NCBI GenBank assembly: GCA_021613535.1
Contig: CP075494.1
Span: 15,748,001 to 15,812,000, forward strand
Direction of reading: 5' to 3'
Length of the DNA stretch: 64,000 nucleotides
DNA from: Adineta vaga
Lineage: Eukaryota > Animalia > Rotifera
The translations under genes were made by a program, and so were the position numbers. Shown here one piece after another: positions 25,501 through 38,854 of the stretch; the stretch's first letter is position 1, and the number at the start of each line of letters is the position of its first letter. The notes beneath the pieces were generated by a model that searched no databases, was not told where the DNA came from, and saw only the letters and a program-made list of their open reading frames with translations.

Positions 25501-26403
25501 CTCAACTGGAAATATTTCAAGATCATTTCACCGATGATTTTCAAATTACTTTTTTTACCAAATTCTACACCAAAAGAATTATATATGTGTACTAAATTAG
25601 AAATTATTGATAAAGTGTTTAATCTTCAACATTTGTTGTTATTCTATGAATTGAAATCGAATTATAAACTTATAAATTTAAAGAAAATTAAATGTTCTCA
25701 TGATATAGACAAGAGACAACATCTATAAAAAAGAAAAGGTCATCTCAAAATTGATTACTTTATGAAATAAGTACATCTTAGAAGTTTTTTTTATACTACT
25801 TTTATTAATTGAATGATTAGGAAAAATAGGAATTATTCAATAAGATTTGTTTTCATCGTTTTTTTATACAAACAAAGATATTTTCCTAAACTAATGCTGA
25901 TGATGACAGATGTCAAAAAAATGCAATCTATAATTGTATTTTATTTATCATGTAGCTTCCGCTTTAAGTCATATGACGTAGAAATACTTCACTTCTCATT
26001 TTCATTGTCCATTAATCGTACAGAAATAAGCAAAGATCTATGCTATTTTTATTATCCGGTCGTTTGATTGTTCTATTCATGTTTTCCTTTTTCCCCCCAA
26101 ACTATTCAAATAACTGTTCATCAAGGCAAAGATCAAAAGAGATTTAGGCAGTTTATTAATAGATAATTGTGTACATAACATCCTTTATAATACCGATAAA
26201 AAAAAGGTAAATTAAAATTTAATCTCTGAGTAAATTTTCACAACATTCATATATTCAAATAACTATCTTCAGTTAGTATATAGATTCTAAATAAAATATT
26301 TTGATAAGTTTTTCTTTCAATATAATTATAGACAAAGTCATATTTTATTTTATTTCATCGTTCTATATACTTCAACAAATATAATCAGAATTATTTTTAT
26401 AGA

Positions 26404-27372
26404 ATGTCTTCACAATCATCATCTGATTACATCATCGGGTTAAAAATGATACAAACAAATTTATATAAAATAGGTGGTCCAATATTATTATGTTTTGGTG
26501 GTATAAGTTGTTTAATCAATATAATTATATTTAGTAAAAAACTTTTACGAAAAAATCCTTGTTCAATTTATCTTACTGCATTCAATATTGCTTCTTTTTT
26601 ATTTATTTATTCGTCATGTCTAAATGGAATATTATCAATTGGTTTTGATTTTGATCCAAGTTCATCAAATCTGATTTATTGTCGAACTCGAATTTATATT
26701 TCATTTGTAAGTGAATTTTTAACAAATTATTTCCTAGTTTTGGCATCAATTGATCATGTTCGAATAACATCATCAAATGCTTTGACAAGAAATAAAAGTA
26801 CTTGTCGTTTAGCTCTGATTTCTATTAGTATTGGAACATTAATTTGTATACCATTACAAGTTCATTCAATCATTTTTACACAAATGATACAATTCACACC
26901 TGTTCGAATTATTTGTTATTTTCAACAAGGTGCATATTTTGTATTTGTTAGTTATTATCTATCTGTCAAAGCTGTTTTAGTTCCACTATTATTAGCAACA
27001 CTTGGATCATGGACAATAAAGAATATTAATGCTTTACAAAAAGTTCGCAGTATTTCAACTTCATTACAACATCAGACTACGACAATCGCTTCAAGATCGC
27101 TTTCTCGTTCGAAAGATCGACAGTTTTTGTTATTACTGTTAGTTGATATTGCTGGATTTGTTTGTTTTAGTTCATTCAATGCATTTTTCTTAATGTATCA
27201 ACAAATAACACAATATAATACAAAAATTGTAGAACAAGTTCAATTGGAACAATTCATTCGATATTTATGTTTATTTATAAATTATATTCCATATTTTCTG
27301 AATTGTTATATACATTTATTTATATCAAAAACATTCCGATCAGAAGTCAAACAACTTCTTTTATTCAAATAA
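26404..27372 (+). CDS. Rhodopsin-like (class A) GPCR, intronless
   Basis: 7 TM; LRKNPCSIYL, CRTRIY, ASIDHV (DRY equivalent), KDRQF, SKTFRSE. Confidence 0.9.
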   Translation: MSSQSSSDYIIGLKMIQTNLYKIGGPILLCFGGISCLINIIIFSKKLLRKNPCSIYLTAFNIASFLFIYSSCLNGILSIGFDFDPSSSNLIYCRTRIYISFVSEFLTNYFLVLASIDHVRITSSNALTRNKSTCRLALISISIGTLICIPLQVHSIIFTQMIQFTPVRIICYFQQGAYFVFVSYYLSVKAVLVPLLLATLGSWTIKNINALQKVRSISTSLQHQTTTIASRSLSRSKDRQFLLLLLVDIAGFVCFSSFNAFFLMYQQITQYNTKIVEQVQLEQFIRYLCLFINYIPYFLNCYIHLFISKTFRSEVKQLLLFK

Positions 27373-28067
27373 AATGTATATTCTATTAGTTTTATTTGTT
27401 GTCTGTCAGTCATTTATTAGTTATTGTAATTCTGTTTACTCATATATCTATATCTATATATATATATATTTGGAAATCAATAAAAAGTGTATACATATTT
27501 TATTTTTTATGGCTTTACTGTCACTAAATATAAAAAAACGTTTTCAGCGCAATCTCTATATGATTAAAAATGTGAAATAGGATGATGCTAAGCGCCTCTT
27601 AAATTCGATATAAATAAATCTATAATTAACGGGCATTACTTGTCTATGACGATGTCTGGAGGAAAGGATCTGATAGCTCCAAATTTCTGTTCTTAAACAC
27701 TTCAACATTCTCTTTCAAATGGTGCTCTACAAAAATACGAAAAGCAAAATAATTCTGTTGAGGGTGTGGATATAGATATTTTAGCTATCCAACACCCATA
27801 TCCTCAAGATAGCAACTTAAAATCTATGAAGATAATCTTCCACCAAATCATCCTCATTTGGTTACTATTCGCAAAAACATCTATTCTCTGTATGACAAAA
27901 TTGATAGATATTCGTAAGCAATTACAGAATTATCCCAAATTCACTCTTTACCCATCTTTCAAATATTTAAACAAATTCTTATTGATTTTTTTTGTTTAAT
28001 TTTTACAAAATTAATGATTTTATTGAAGGTTAATCTAATTACATATTTAATAGAACAAATAGTGGAT

Positions 28068-31000
28068 CTATCGATTACAAGCAAATTGTTGAAGTTTATT
28101 TCTTTTATTTTTTCCATTTTCTTCACTTTCATCAACTTTTCGTTTTCCATTTATTGAATTGATTTCTTCATTTTCAATTGTTGTCTCTGTAATAACTTCA
28201 TTCACTTGAACAGTTGTCTTATTGGTTGATCCAAGACGTGATTTATTAATCGATGGTTTCCATTGACTAAATTCATCATTTGTCGTTGTTGTTGTATTAT
28301 TCATTGCAGCTTTCGTACGAAATGGATTAGTAAATGGACCTGTTGATAGTGTTACTTTTGGACGAACTTGATTGATTTCTTCGAAAGATATTGAATGAGA
28401 AACGATTGGTAAAGGTGGAGATGGAGATGAAGAATGTTGAATTTCTTTTTGTTTTTCTTCTTCTTCATCTTTCTTTTGTTCGATTAATTCATCAGTAATC
28501 TTTTGAGCTAAAGTAATTTTTCCTGATTTTGTTGCATATTTAATTGCTAATTGAAGAGCAACTGAATCCATTAATTGACAAATTTCAAATGCACGATATT
28601 CTCGATTGGATTTACAAGATAACTAAAAAGAAAAATTGATCTCGAGTTTTCGATCTTGATTTTTCTTACAGCAAACATTTTGATTAAACATTGTCGTTCA
28701 TTGTTGGAATAATCATCATCATCTGTTGAATGATTAAATAATTTCATTTTTAGATAATCACTCTAAGAAAGATTTCATTGAAAAAACATGAACTAAGAGA
28801 GAAGAAAAATAAACGAACTTCAAGTTGACTTTTTTCACTATCAATTTGATAAAGAGCAAGTGGAAGAGATATAATGGAAACCAATGGCCATGGGACAAGA
28901 TCAGGAAATGATTGACCACGTAATTCAATAACACGTAATTGAAATTTACCATCAAAATCATTGATTCCTAATAACCAATAATTCGTTGTACTATTCTTTT
29001 CTGCCTAAATCAATAATTCAGCATTTGATTTTGATCTGCAGAGAAAAAAATAACAAACTTCTTGTTTGAGATTTGAGATTAATAATGGTTCCAATTCTTT
29101 TCCTTTCGTATATCGAAGCATACTTAAATGTCCAGATTTTTCTAAATAATAACATTTTCCACTATCAGAAAATCTAAAAAAAACAACAAACAAATTTGAA
29201 GAAATTCAATCAAAACATCGAACAAACCCTATCCATGATAACTTCGTCTTTGGTGTTAAAGGTAATGGACCAGTAGAATAATGATCATTTTCAATATCTA
29301 ATAATACATAAGACATTGCTTGTTCTTTTGGAAGACCTTGTGTTGAATGATGAATAATCCACAAATGATTTTGATATGATGACATTGATACAATTGGTCC
29401 TTGAAGACGAATAATTCGTTGTTGAATTCCTGATAAACTCATCAATCGAATTAATCGTTGTGATGTTCCAACAGCAAGAAAATCTGCTCCTAAACTAACT
29501 AATTCAATTTTATCATTATTTTCTGTTGTTAATGTCCATTCTCTCATATTTGAATCCCATGATTGATATAAAATACAACATAATTTTCCTGTTGTCGATG
29601 AACCAAGTGCAATAGCAGATAAAGATAAATCAGCAACTGTATATTTATCTGTTTTATTATCAATTGTAATTGAATGATGAAATGAAACATCATGAAAGGA
29701 GATTTGTATTTGTTCACTATAACATGTTATTGCACCAATATTATTCCAAAGTAAGAAACGACTTTCAAGATATTTCGATGTGGATGTTGATTGAAATGAT
29801 TCTTGTAATTCAATGGGTTTAGTTTCAGTCATCATTGATGATGCACGTTCAAACCATTTAGGAATTATTTCTTTATCTTCACTTCGTATTTCAACATCAT
29901 TTGAAATTGATTCAGAATCATCATCATCAATTGTCATTTTATCATTTTCAATTTCGAAATCGAGTTTATCTGATGGTGTTGATGATGGTTTGGAAAGATA
30001 TTCTGATACATCGACATGAGCATATTCACCCTGAAAATGTATTAATTTCTTTTTATCAATGAAATAAATGAATTTAACTTACAGCCATTGTTGAACAAGT
30101 AAATCGATGTGATTCAATTGGATTCCAAACTAATGAACAAACTGCATCTTTTGATGAATAACTTTTAAAAAAAGAGAAATTCATTTTTAGTTTAACAAGA
30201 AGATTTTGATTGATTTACTTCATGCAAATATCGAATGTTGATCGATTTATAATTGACAGTTGACCATTAACATAAGCAACAATAAATAAAGTTCCACATG
30301 GTGAATAACGAATTAAATTTATTGCCTTGAAATAAAAACAAATAAGAAATTAATTTCAATAAAGAATAAACAAACTTCATCAATCGAATCATTTTCATAG
30401 GTTTTTTTTCTTGTCCATTTCTCTGATTCAAAAAATTGAACTGAATTCTTTACTGGAATGGCCAGCATCTAAAGAAAATCTTATTAATATTGTAACTAAA
30501 TTTTTGTCTTACATGATCTTTTTTATCCCAGTCAAGTTTAACTAACGAAACAGCAGTTCTAAATGAAATTTAATGAACAACTTTTAGGATTTATTAATCA
30601 AAATCTTACTCAATGTCATTCGATTTTTGAATAAGATTTAATTGTTTGATTAATGTTTGTTTATCAATATTGAATATTCGAATTGACCCATCACAACATG
30701 ATGTTGCCTTTTAGAATAACGAAAATCTTTTTTTTTATTGTTTTTAAAGAAAAGTTTCCATTTTTACCAGCCATCGTTTATCTTCATAAACATTTAATGA
30801 AAGAATTGGTGCTTGATGACCATCAAAATGTTTCATTTTATTTGAATCATCATTTAAATTCATCATAACAACTTTAAAGTCTCTTGTTCCAACAAATAAT
30901 AAAGAATTCGATAAACAAATTGATGAAATTGGTTGTGTAAAATGAACAAGACTTGGTAATGAATCACCATGTGGAAATGATCGAACTTCAAGTTCATTTC

Positions 31001-31303
31001 GATTTGTTCCAATAAAAACATGATATTCCTATAAAAGATTTGAAATAATTTCACATTTAACTATGAAATAATTTACATGAACAGCTAAACAATGACATTG
31101 ATCAGCACATCGAATATGTTCAACTTGATCAGATTTCGTTTCAAAGACATGAATATCACCATCTTGTCCACAAGTGAGAAAATGACTAAAATAAAATATT
31201 CTTTCAAGAAAATGAAAATCAATTTGAAAATAAACCTTCCATCTTTTGTATAACAAATATCTGTCAGACCAGCAATTGAATGAGCAGAGACAACAGATAA
31301 CAT
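28068..31303 (-). CDS. WDHD1: WD repeat and HMG-box DNA-binding protein 1 (AND-1/Ctf4); no HMG box seen
   Basis: N-terminal WD40 exons (HFLTCGQDGDIHVF), SepB domain FQSTST...RFLLWNNIGAI, ISFHD, LPLTPKTKLSWIGFSD, helical region LAIKYATK; many short introns. Confidence 0.9.
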
Positions 31304-33439
31304 TTTGATCGAAAAGATTTCAAAATGAACTCGATTGATTGTTTTTCTTAAAGAGACATCTATTGATTTAACAAAGAAAGACAGATAATTCTTTTCATTT
31401 AAATATTCGTTCTTTGTTTGTTACTTTTCTATTTTGAAGAATGAAACAACGTTTCGATATATCCAATCATATAATTCGATAGATCTCAGTCAAGTCAAGA
31501 TTTAGAATAAGAAAAAGACTGACTTTTAATTTTTGGTTATAATTTTGTCAAATCAAAAATTATAGTTTAACCTACGAAAGAACTTTTTTTCTCCTTTACT
31601 ATATCATTTCTAAATCTGTTGTGAAAGCATAACTTATCAAATCTATGACATTTAAAGGTTAGATTATATAACATTATCATTCATGGTTATCAAAACAGAG
31701 ATATGTGAGTAAGAATGAGGAACCTGATCACAATCCTATTGCTGAATGTTTAAAGGCCGCAGTCATATAGAGGCAATGTGCCTAATACGAACAAATGCAT
31801 TTCTCAAAATTATACTTCTAATTACTCAATTAATTATTGAGATAATTAGCTGATTTTTACATCACTCGATGGAAAAAAATGCGTCTCTACTCCGAAATGT
31901 AAAAATAATTTTTTTATGTTGAAAAATGGCTGAGAAAAATGCAAAACAATCAAGGATGTTGCAACACCTGTTCGTATGAAACACATTGCCTCTACCAGCA
32001 TTGATAAATAGATCATGATTATCCAGTATCATTAAACTAGGAATTGATTGTAAAGCTTTTTTCATTCTAATTGATAAGAATCCATTTCGGTGCGTGCTTA
32101 TGTTAATATTGATAACTAGAATCATTCGAAGTGAATCAATTTATTTTCTTTTTCCGTGTTTTTACTTTTTCTTATATGCTTTTCAGAAAGAAAGGGTTAT
32201 AGACTCCATGAATTTACTGAAACTTTTCATGTTTGCTTGTCCAAGTTACTCAATTGTTTTAGACAAAGAATCATTTTTTACAAAAGAAACATTTCTTCTA
32301 AGGGTTGGCCAAAGGATGATGGATGTTATGTTAATTATGATGTGGCATTCGTATGTTTTAAATAAAATTGTCTCAGATTCATAATTAGATATCATTCTTT
32401 CAGAAGAGGGTCAGCGAATTCCAAGCTTAAGTGTTACTTGTTTCGTATTGTTCACCCACATCCGGTAAAACTGTGCGACGTTAATAATGTATTGAGATAC
32501 AGTTGATACGATCGACACTTATTCATACATACGTTTTAATAAAGTTGAATTCAAACTTTCGATAAATTATGGAAAAGAAAAGTTCTGCACAATATCAACA
32601 TGAGCATACATATTAGTAATTACTGAATTGTCTTAACTATAGATGCCCAAGTCGAAGATTATAGTCACCAGATTCTTCAAGATACTGGAGGAAAAAAACG
32701 GAACAATCATCAGATATACCTGAAAGTGAAAGCAATATTTCAGTCGAAAACCTAGCTTAGATATTTCTACTTGGATGGTTTTTTTTATTACGTCTATTGA
32801 ATAAACGAAAAATACAACAACACTATAGTAAAACAATATTAATTTATCCACAGCAATCAACTACATTTGAACATTTCATACTACTTTTATTGCTGATGTT
32901 TCGTTATATGACTTGATCGAACATTATAGAGAGGATAAATCGATAACAATTTATCGAGATCCAGATTAAATTTTACAAAAAGAATTTCTTCTAAATGAAA
33001 ATGTACAAAAACAATGATGATCTAATTTTTTATTAAAAATAATTCTCTCAAGTGAATACGTATATTACCAACATGACAACAAGTATCGAATACGTGTTTG
33101 TCATTTGATAAACCTCAATAAACATCTCTTCGTCAGTAATGGTCGTAAATTGTAATTAAAATACAAAACAACATAGATAAAGCATCTATATTCACCTTTG
33201 TTATCCTACTCAAAAAGTTTCTTTAGGAAATTAGAAATTTTGATGAAATAATCTTCTTTTTAGATGACAGACGAGATGAAAAACTACTTTAATTATAACT
33301 GCAAAGATGTTCTCTTTAGTTGAAATGAAAAAAAAATGAATATATGATTTTATCAAAAACAAAACATCTCAAAATCCTGTCTGGTTTTCTTCTCACATTT
33401 TTCTTATCATCATTAGCAGACATAATTGTTATTTATTCA

Positions 33440-34083
33440 ATGTCGTCATTGAGTAGTACCTTGAGTTCAATTCAAGAAAAACCTTCTTTTACTCCTTCAG
33501 TATTTTATCTTACTTTTGGTACCATTGGTTGTTTTCTGAATATTTTATTATTTTCTCGTTGACAATTTCGTGGAATTTCATGCTGCACATGTAAGATATA
33601 TCTCGATAAATTTTCATCATAATCGTTTCTTTCTTTTTCAAGATTTTCAAGCAGCATCGGTTGCAATGTTTATTCAATTGATATCTTCTGTTATGACAAC
33701 AATGTATTCCTCATATCATCTTCATCCTATCCATTAATATGAATTCTTTTGTAAAAAATCTGGTTTTATTTACTTAATTTCACATCTGTTACATCCCGTT
33801 TTGATCGTTATGCACTTCCTTCAACCGATATTCATTTACGAAATTTTTCAATTGTTCAACAAAGCTCGTCGTTTAATAATTTTAATTGTATTCATGTGGA
33901 TTTTATTTTCCACTTTTATTTATTTATGGATTTCGATCAGGAAGATGTTTGATTATTTATGGTTACTCTGCATCTGTTTATAATACAATATGTTTATTTC
34001 GAAACGAACTTGTCAATATGTTACAATCAATTTATAAGAATAATCATCGTATTCGTCCAATAATAATAATAGCAGATGGTTGA
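33440..34083 (+). pseudogene. GPCR pseudogene, paralogue of 34830-35896
   Basis: Same exon 1 (FGTIGCFLNILLFSR*QFRGISCC; CGA>TGA at 33560), same intron position, further stops and a large internal deletion. Confidence 0.8.
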
Positions 34084-34174
34084 CAACTGCATTAACATTG
34101 TTTCTTTGTTATGAATGATTCAATGTGAATATAAAACGATTGTTTCTCTATAATGAATTCTATCTTCAATAATA

Positions 34175-34420
34175 ATGAACTTTTTCTTCACTCTCTTTCT
34201 ATTTTTCAGTACAATGATGATCTTCTGTTCATGTCGTGAATGTGATTTACTTGGTTATATTCATAAATTTCGATCAACTGAAGAAATCAAACAAATGACT
34301 GCAGATGATATTCGTAATACCATCATTACTGAAATAAACATTGCGACTAATCATCTTTATGCAAAATTTATTCAAGGCAAAACTAATTGTGAACTTCATC
34401 GAATGTTAGATGATCTTTAA
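34175..34420 (+). CDS. Small secreted protein (81 aa)
   Basis: Signal peptide MNFFFTLFLFFSTMMIFCSC, compact helical mature region FRSTEEIKQMTADDIRNTIITEI; intronless; TATAAA upstream. Confidence 0.65.
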   Translation: MNFFFTLFLFFSTMMIFCSCRECDLLGYIHKFRSTEEIKQMTADDIRNTIITEINIATNHLYAKFIQGKTNCELHRMLDDL

Positions 34421-34829
34421 TCACTATTGTTTCTTTTTGTTCTTCTCTTTAAAATGAACATCATCATTGAATTCTGTTGAGATATTCTAAATATAAAACT
34501 TATGTTTTGAACATAATCTTTATGGAAATAATAACTTTACCAATTACTTTATGTTGTTGATATGTTAATTAGATTTTAAATCTTATATAAAACATTTCAC
34601 TTGTTAGTCATGTCTTTCTTTTTCTTTATATAACAGAATGAAATTTATGGACTGACATTATTTCATGTAATTTTTTATAATTGGTTTCACACCGTCAACT
34701 TAAAAGCATCACGAGACTATATATATAGTCATATTTGCTCTATTTAAAAGCATCTTCTTCGAATTTAAAAAGCATTCACAGTATGAACAGTAGTAGCATA
34801 TAATATTTAGATTGAAATTCTATTTCATC

Positions 34830-35896
34830 ATGTCAGCATCTATTCCATCTTCGTTAAGTCGAACTTTAATGTCAATTCAATCTAAAGCTTCATTTGGTTT
34901 TGCTTTATTCTTTCTTATATTCGGTGTGACTGGTTGTTTTCTCAATATTTTACTCTTTTCTCGACGACAATTTCGTGGCGTTTCTTGTTGTATCTGTAAG
35001 TTATTCTTTAGTTGATAAAATTTTTTAATGTTTTTTTAATTAAAAATTTAGATTTCTTAGCAGCATCTGTAGCAATGTTAATTCAATTGAGTTTTTCTGC
35101 TGGAACAAATCTTTATTCATCATATTATGAAATACCAATAAATTATAATTCATTATATTGTAAATTTTGGTATTATATTCTTCAATCCACTTCAATTATG
35201 TCACGTTGGATGTTAAGTGCGGCATGTTTAGATCGTTATGCAATTTCTTCAACACATATTCGTTTAAGAAATTTAGCAAATGTTAAAAATGCTTATCGAA
35301 TTCTAATTCTAAATGTAATTATTTCATTAATATTTCCAATTCATATTTTAATTTTATACGAATCAAAATCACGTAATTGTAATATATTTAATAATTATAT
35401 TGGATCACTTTATAGTGTTATTATTTCAATAATTAATACAGGAATGATTCCATTTATCATTATGATTAGTTGTACTTTACTTATTCAAAAGAATCTTTTC
35501 GAAAAACGAAAACGTCGTTTAAACTTTGTACAACAACAAATTTTAAATGAAGAAGAACGTAAACGTGATCAACAAGCATTTCGAATGTTATTTGTACAAA
35601 ATATTGTCTTTATTATTATTATAACACCATGGTTAATTTATAATATTTATTTTGTAACAACTTTAAATCGTCCGAATAAACCGATTGATCAAATTATTTT
35701 CGAAGGTTTTCTTAGTTTTGTTACAGGTACATGTAGTCTTTTATTTGCATCAATTTCATTTTACTTATATACATTAACATCAAATCTATTTCGAAAAGAA
35801 TTATTTTTCATCTTACAATCATTTTTCTTTTGTCAATATTTTAAGAAAAACAATCAAGTTACTCCAATAACAACACAAAGAATATTAACGAAATAA
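34830..35896 (+). CDS. Rhodopsin-like (class A) GPCR, one intron
   Basis: GCFLN TM1, CKFWYY, ACLDRY, RDQQ, FYLYTLTSNLFRKEL. Confidence 0.9.
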
Positions 35897-36746
35897 CAAT
35901 TCTAATTGATTTGTTTTTCTCAATTTAATTCATTATCTAAATAAAACAAAGATTAAAATATTCGATGTAAAACCTCTTTTCTTTCATTAGAATCATAATT
36001 AGAACAATGAACGTGAAAGAATAGTCTTATAGACTGACGAAGCGATTTTTAAATCAAAATTCTAAAATCACACAGTATTTTTCTTAGGTAAAATTAATAT
36101 TTATAAAAAAACCGATCTAACAGTTGAATCTTATTAACGAAATGTCACATTCATAAACATTCCGATTGAATCAGGTGAAACTTGTGTAATAAATTAAGAG
36201 ATATATGTATGTTTTACTATACTATTATATGGAGAATATCATTCGTCTGCTCGTTTAAATTGCTTATTGTGTATCTTGATTTAGAATACAATCGTCAAGT
36301 GCCTTTTTGACTTCATCAAAACTCAATATAATATCTCCTGGCCAATCAGATCCTTGTGATAAAATTGATAATGATTCCTAAAAGGAGTACATATTAATCG
36401 TGTTTGTTTATTTAGAGTAAACAAAGCACAAACCTCTAATGCCTTATCATCGCAGACTAAAGAATTGATCAAATCAATATTGGTTAATTCGGACATATGA
36501 GTATCATTCTGAAAAGTAAATCACATGATTTTTTCTTAAGAAAATTTCATTTAGAAAAATGTCTGTTTACAATACAATTTATGAAATTTACAATTATCGT
36601 CATATGAATTCATAAATCAAACGTGTTTTTTTTTCTTCAAAAATAAACCAATGTTATATATGAAAACCAATACATCTTGTTATCAAATATCATTATTAAA
36701 GCAGAACAATCATAACTAACCGAGCTAATACAGATCGTAGCTTTTG

Positions 36747-36801
36747 ATTGAGGGTGGGTGTGGGTGGATCTCTTGTATTCATCCACACTCACACCCTCAA
36801 T
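36747..36801. repeat. Short hairpin element with telomere-like arms (TTGAGGGTG.../...CACACCCTCAA)
   Basis: Imperfect palindrome; related copies at ~6585, 27758, 37985, 48469 (same loop, opposite orientation) and 63155. Confidence 0.75.
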
Positions 36802-37014
36802 GTTGCTAAGTTAATTCTTGATTTATATCGAGTTAACAGATATTATTAGAAATTTATGACAATCTAAACGACTGCATACACACACTCTCGTCTTCTTTGT
36901 TTTATGTACAATGACATTTGTCTTTGCCTTCCTTCTTTTTGTTCCTCTTTATACCGATGTTTATCATCCCGGGAGACACTTACTAATCAAATATCATATT
37001 AATTCTTTCATAGC

Positions 37015-37759
37015 TGTCATAATGTCATTACACCGGGTATCCAGAACTGAACGTCTAAATACCCAACAGGGTAACCAAATACATACGGCCAGACAACCTC
37101 GTTACCCGATAACCAAACAATATCCTTCAGAACCTGAGGAATTTGAGTGAATTTGGTCGAATGATCTCGTTACCCGATAAGCAAACAATATCCTTCAGAA
37201 CCTGAGGAATTTGAGTGAATTTGGTCGAATGATCGTGTTACCCGATAACCAAACAATATCCTTGAGGGTGTGGGTGTGGGTGTGGGTGTGGGTCAGTAGG
37301 GAAAGCACAAAGTGAGGGTGTAGCGAAGGCCCGGTCAGTAGGCAATGCACAAAGTGAGGGGTAGCGAAGGCCCGGTCAGTAGGCAAAGCACAAAGGGAGG
37401 GTGTAGCGAAAACCTGTAATTGTTTAGAGAAGATGCTGTTCCATCTTCAGAACCCAGCTCGCCATGCAGCGATTAAGATCTCTTCATTTTCACACATACC
37501 TTGCTGGTCAAACGCAACGGCAAATATTCGTACAATAGATCTTTAGTATTTCGATAGCGAGAACTACTCTCCGCATCAGTATTGTTAAGCATCGACTATA
37601 ACCCAATTCATCCTAATTCCTCAACTTCTGAAAGATACATGTATCCATCTGAATCTCGTTACCCGTTGGGTAATGACCAAATTCACTCAAATTCCTCAGG
37701 TTTCAGAAGATACACTGCTCTATTTTAAGAAGGATACCCGGCGTAATGGTATTATGACA
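37015..37759. mobile_element. Non-autonomous TIR element (MITE-like) with internal tandem repeats
   Basis: 28-bp TIRs 37015-37042 / 37732-37759 (25/28 match, TGT...ACA ends); ~68-bp direct repeats at ~37098-37262 whose core reappears inverted at ~37675-37700; no clear TSD. Confidence 0.7.
37263..37292 (+). repeat. Interstitial telomere-like tract TGAGGG(TGTGGG)4
   Basis: Directly visible; TGTGGG and TGAGGG are the reported bdelloid telomeric repeats. Confidence 0.7.
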
Positions 37760-38146
37760 TCACTCGTTTATTTACATAAACTCCTCTTATGTTTTGGACT
37801 TAACCCACTATTCTTTTTAGATTCTTATTGATGAGAAACGAATTAACTGATGATACTCTAGAATAGAGTTTGATTATTTTATCAAAATTATCCAAAATGA
37901 AATATTGTCATCATATATTTGTTGTCGAAGAAAAATTTGATTTAAAATAATTTTATTCTTAGTTTAATTTCAATTGTAAAAAGCATCTTGAGGGTGGGCG
38001 TGGTTGATGATAGGATATACAACTCACACCCGTACCTATATAACCTCACGCACACCCACACCTTTTATTTTTCTTTGTTCTGTTTTTATGCATATGATTG
38101 AATAGAAAAAAAATTTAACGAATTAAATTGATCTGTTTGTACGATT

Positions 38147-38854
38147 TTAGCTGTTATTGTAGAATTCTTCCTTGTCATCGTCATCATCACCCCTGTAACC
38201 TCGCATTTCATCGATCATGAGGCATAGAATGATTGCAAGTTCGATTTCTTCCTCATTCGTTTGGTCAGTAATATCGACGGTAAATGTATAGGCATCAGGT
38301 ATGGGCAACTTTGAAGAAGTAGATGAAACTGCATTAACTTGTGCAATAAGACGTCTCATATTTTGCTCGATAGCAAAAATTGAAAACATAAATCGTTTCA
38401 TATTGAATCGCGTCGCCAATAAAATGGTAAAATTCGAGTGAGCATCTGACGAATTATGAGGAATTACGACTTCTAAATTGCCTGTACGATGAAACTCGCC
38501 ATCGTGAATGATAGCAATTGATCGATTATCTACTTCCATCGTGAAACAATTCGATAACATTCTTCTTACTATTTCAGGTACCTCGCAACTGCGTCTGAAT
38601 GTAAAATACGACTGATCTTCTTCCTGCAAGACACGAAATACGTCCCATCCAAGTTGACTATTTTTATTCAGGATATAAGATCTTCGATTGTACTGCTCCG
38701 ATATACTAATGTCTGACCATGTCCAGAAATAATCGGCCACCTAATATAAATTTAAAAAAAATATATTATTAGTATACTTTAAAACATGTATGCCAACCCT
38801 AAAATCATCTTTACCTCTTTTTTTTTTGTCTCTCGCTAAACTATACTTGTACAT
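38147..38854 (-). CDS. LURP-one/Tubby-C-terminal-like protein 1
   Basis: Beta-rich body ending DAYTFTVDI...ELAIILCLMIDEM; main exon 38147-38740 starts at an AG acceptor; the short upstream exon (ATG 38854) is off-frame by one A in an A10 run. Confidence 0.55.

Noticed and set aside
37195-37386. ORF with THTHTH run
   Set aside because: Translation of the telomere-like and 42-bp repeats; no evidence of coding
37292-37410. Possible hammerhead ribozyme repeats of Penelope/Athena-type elements
   Set aside because: I could not find the CTGANGA...GAAA core on either strand
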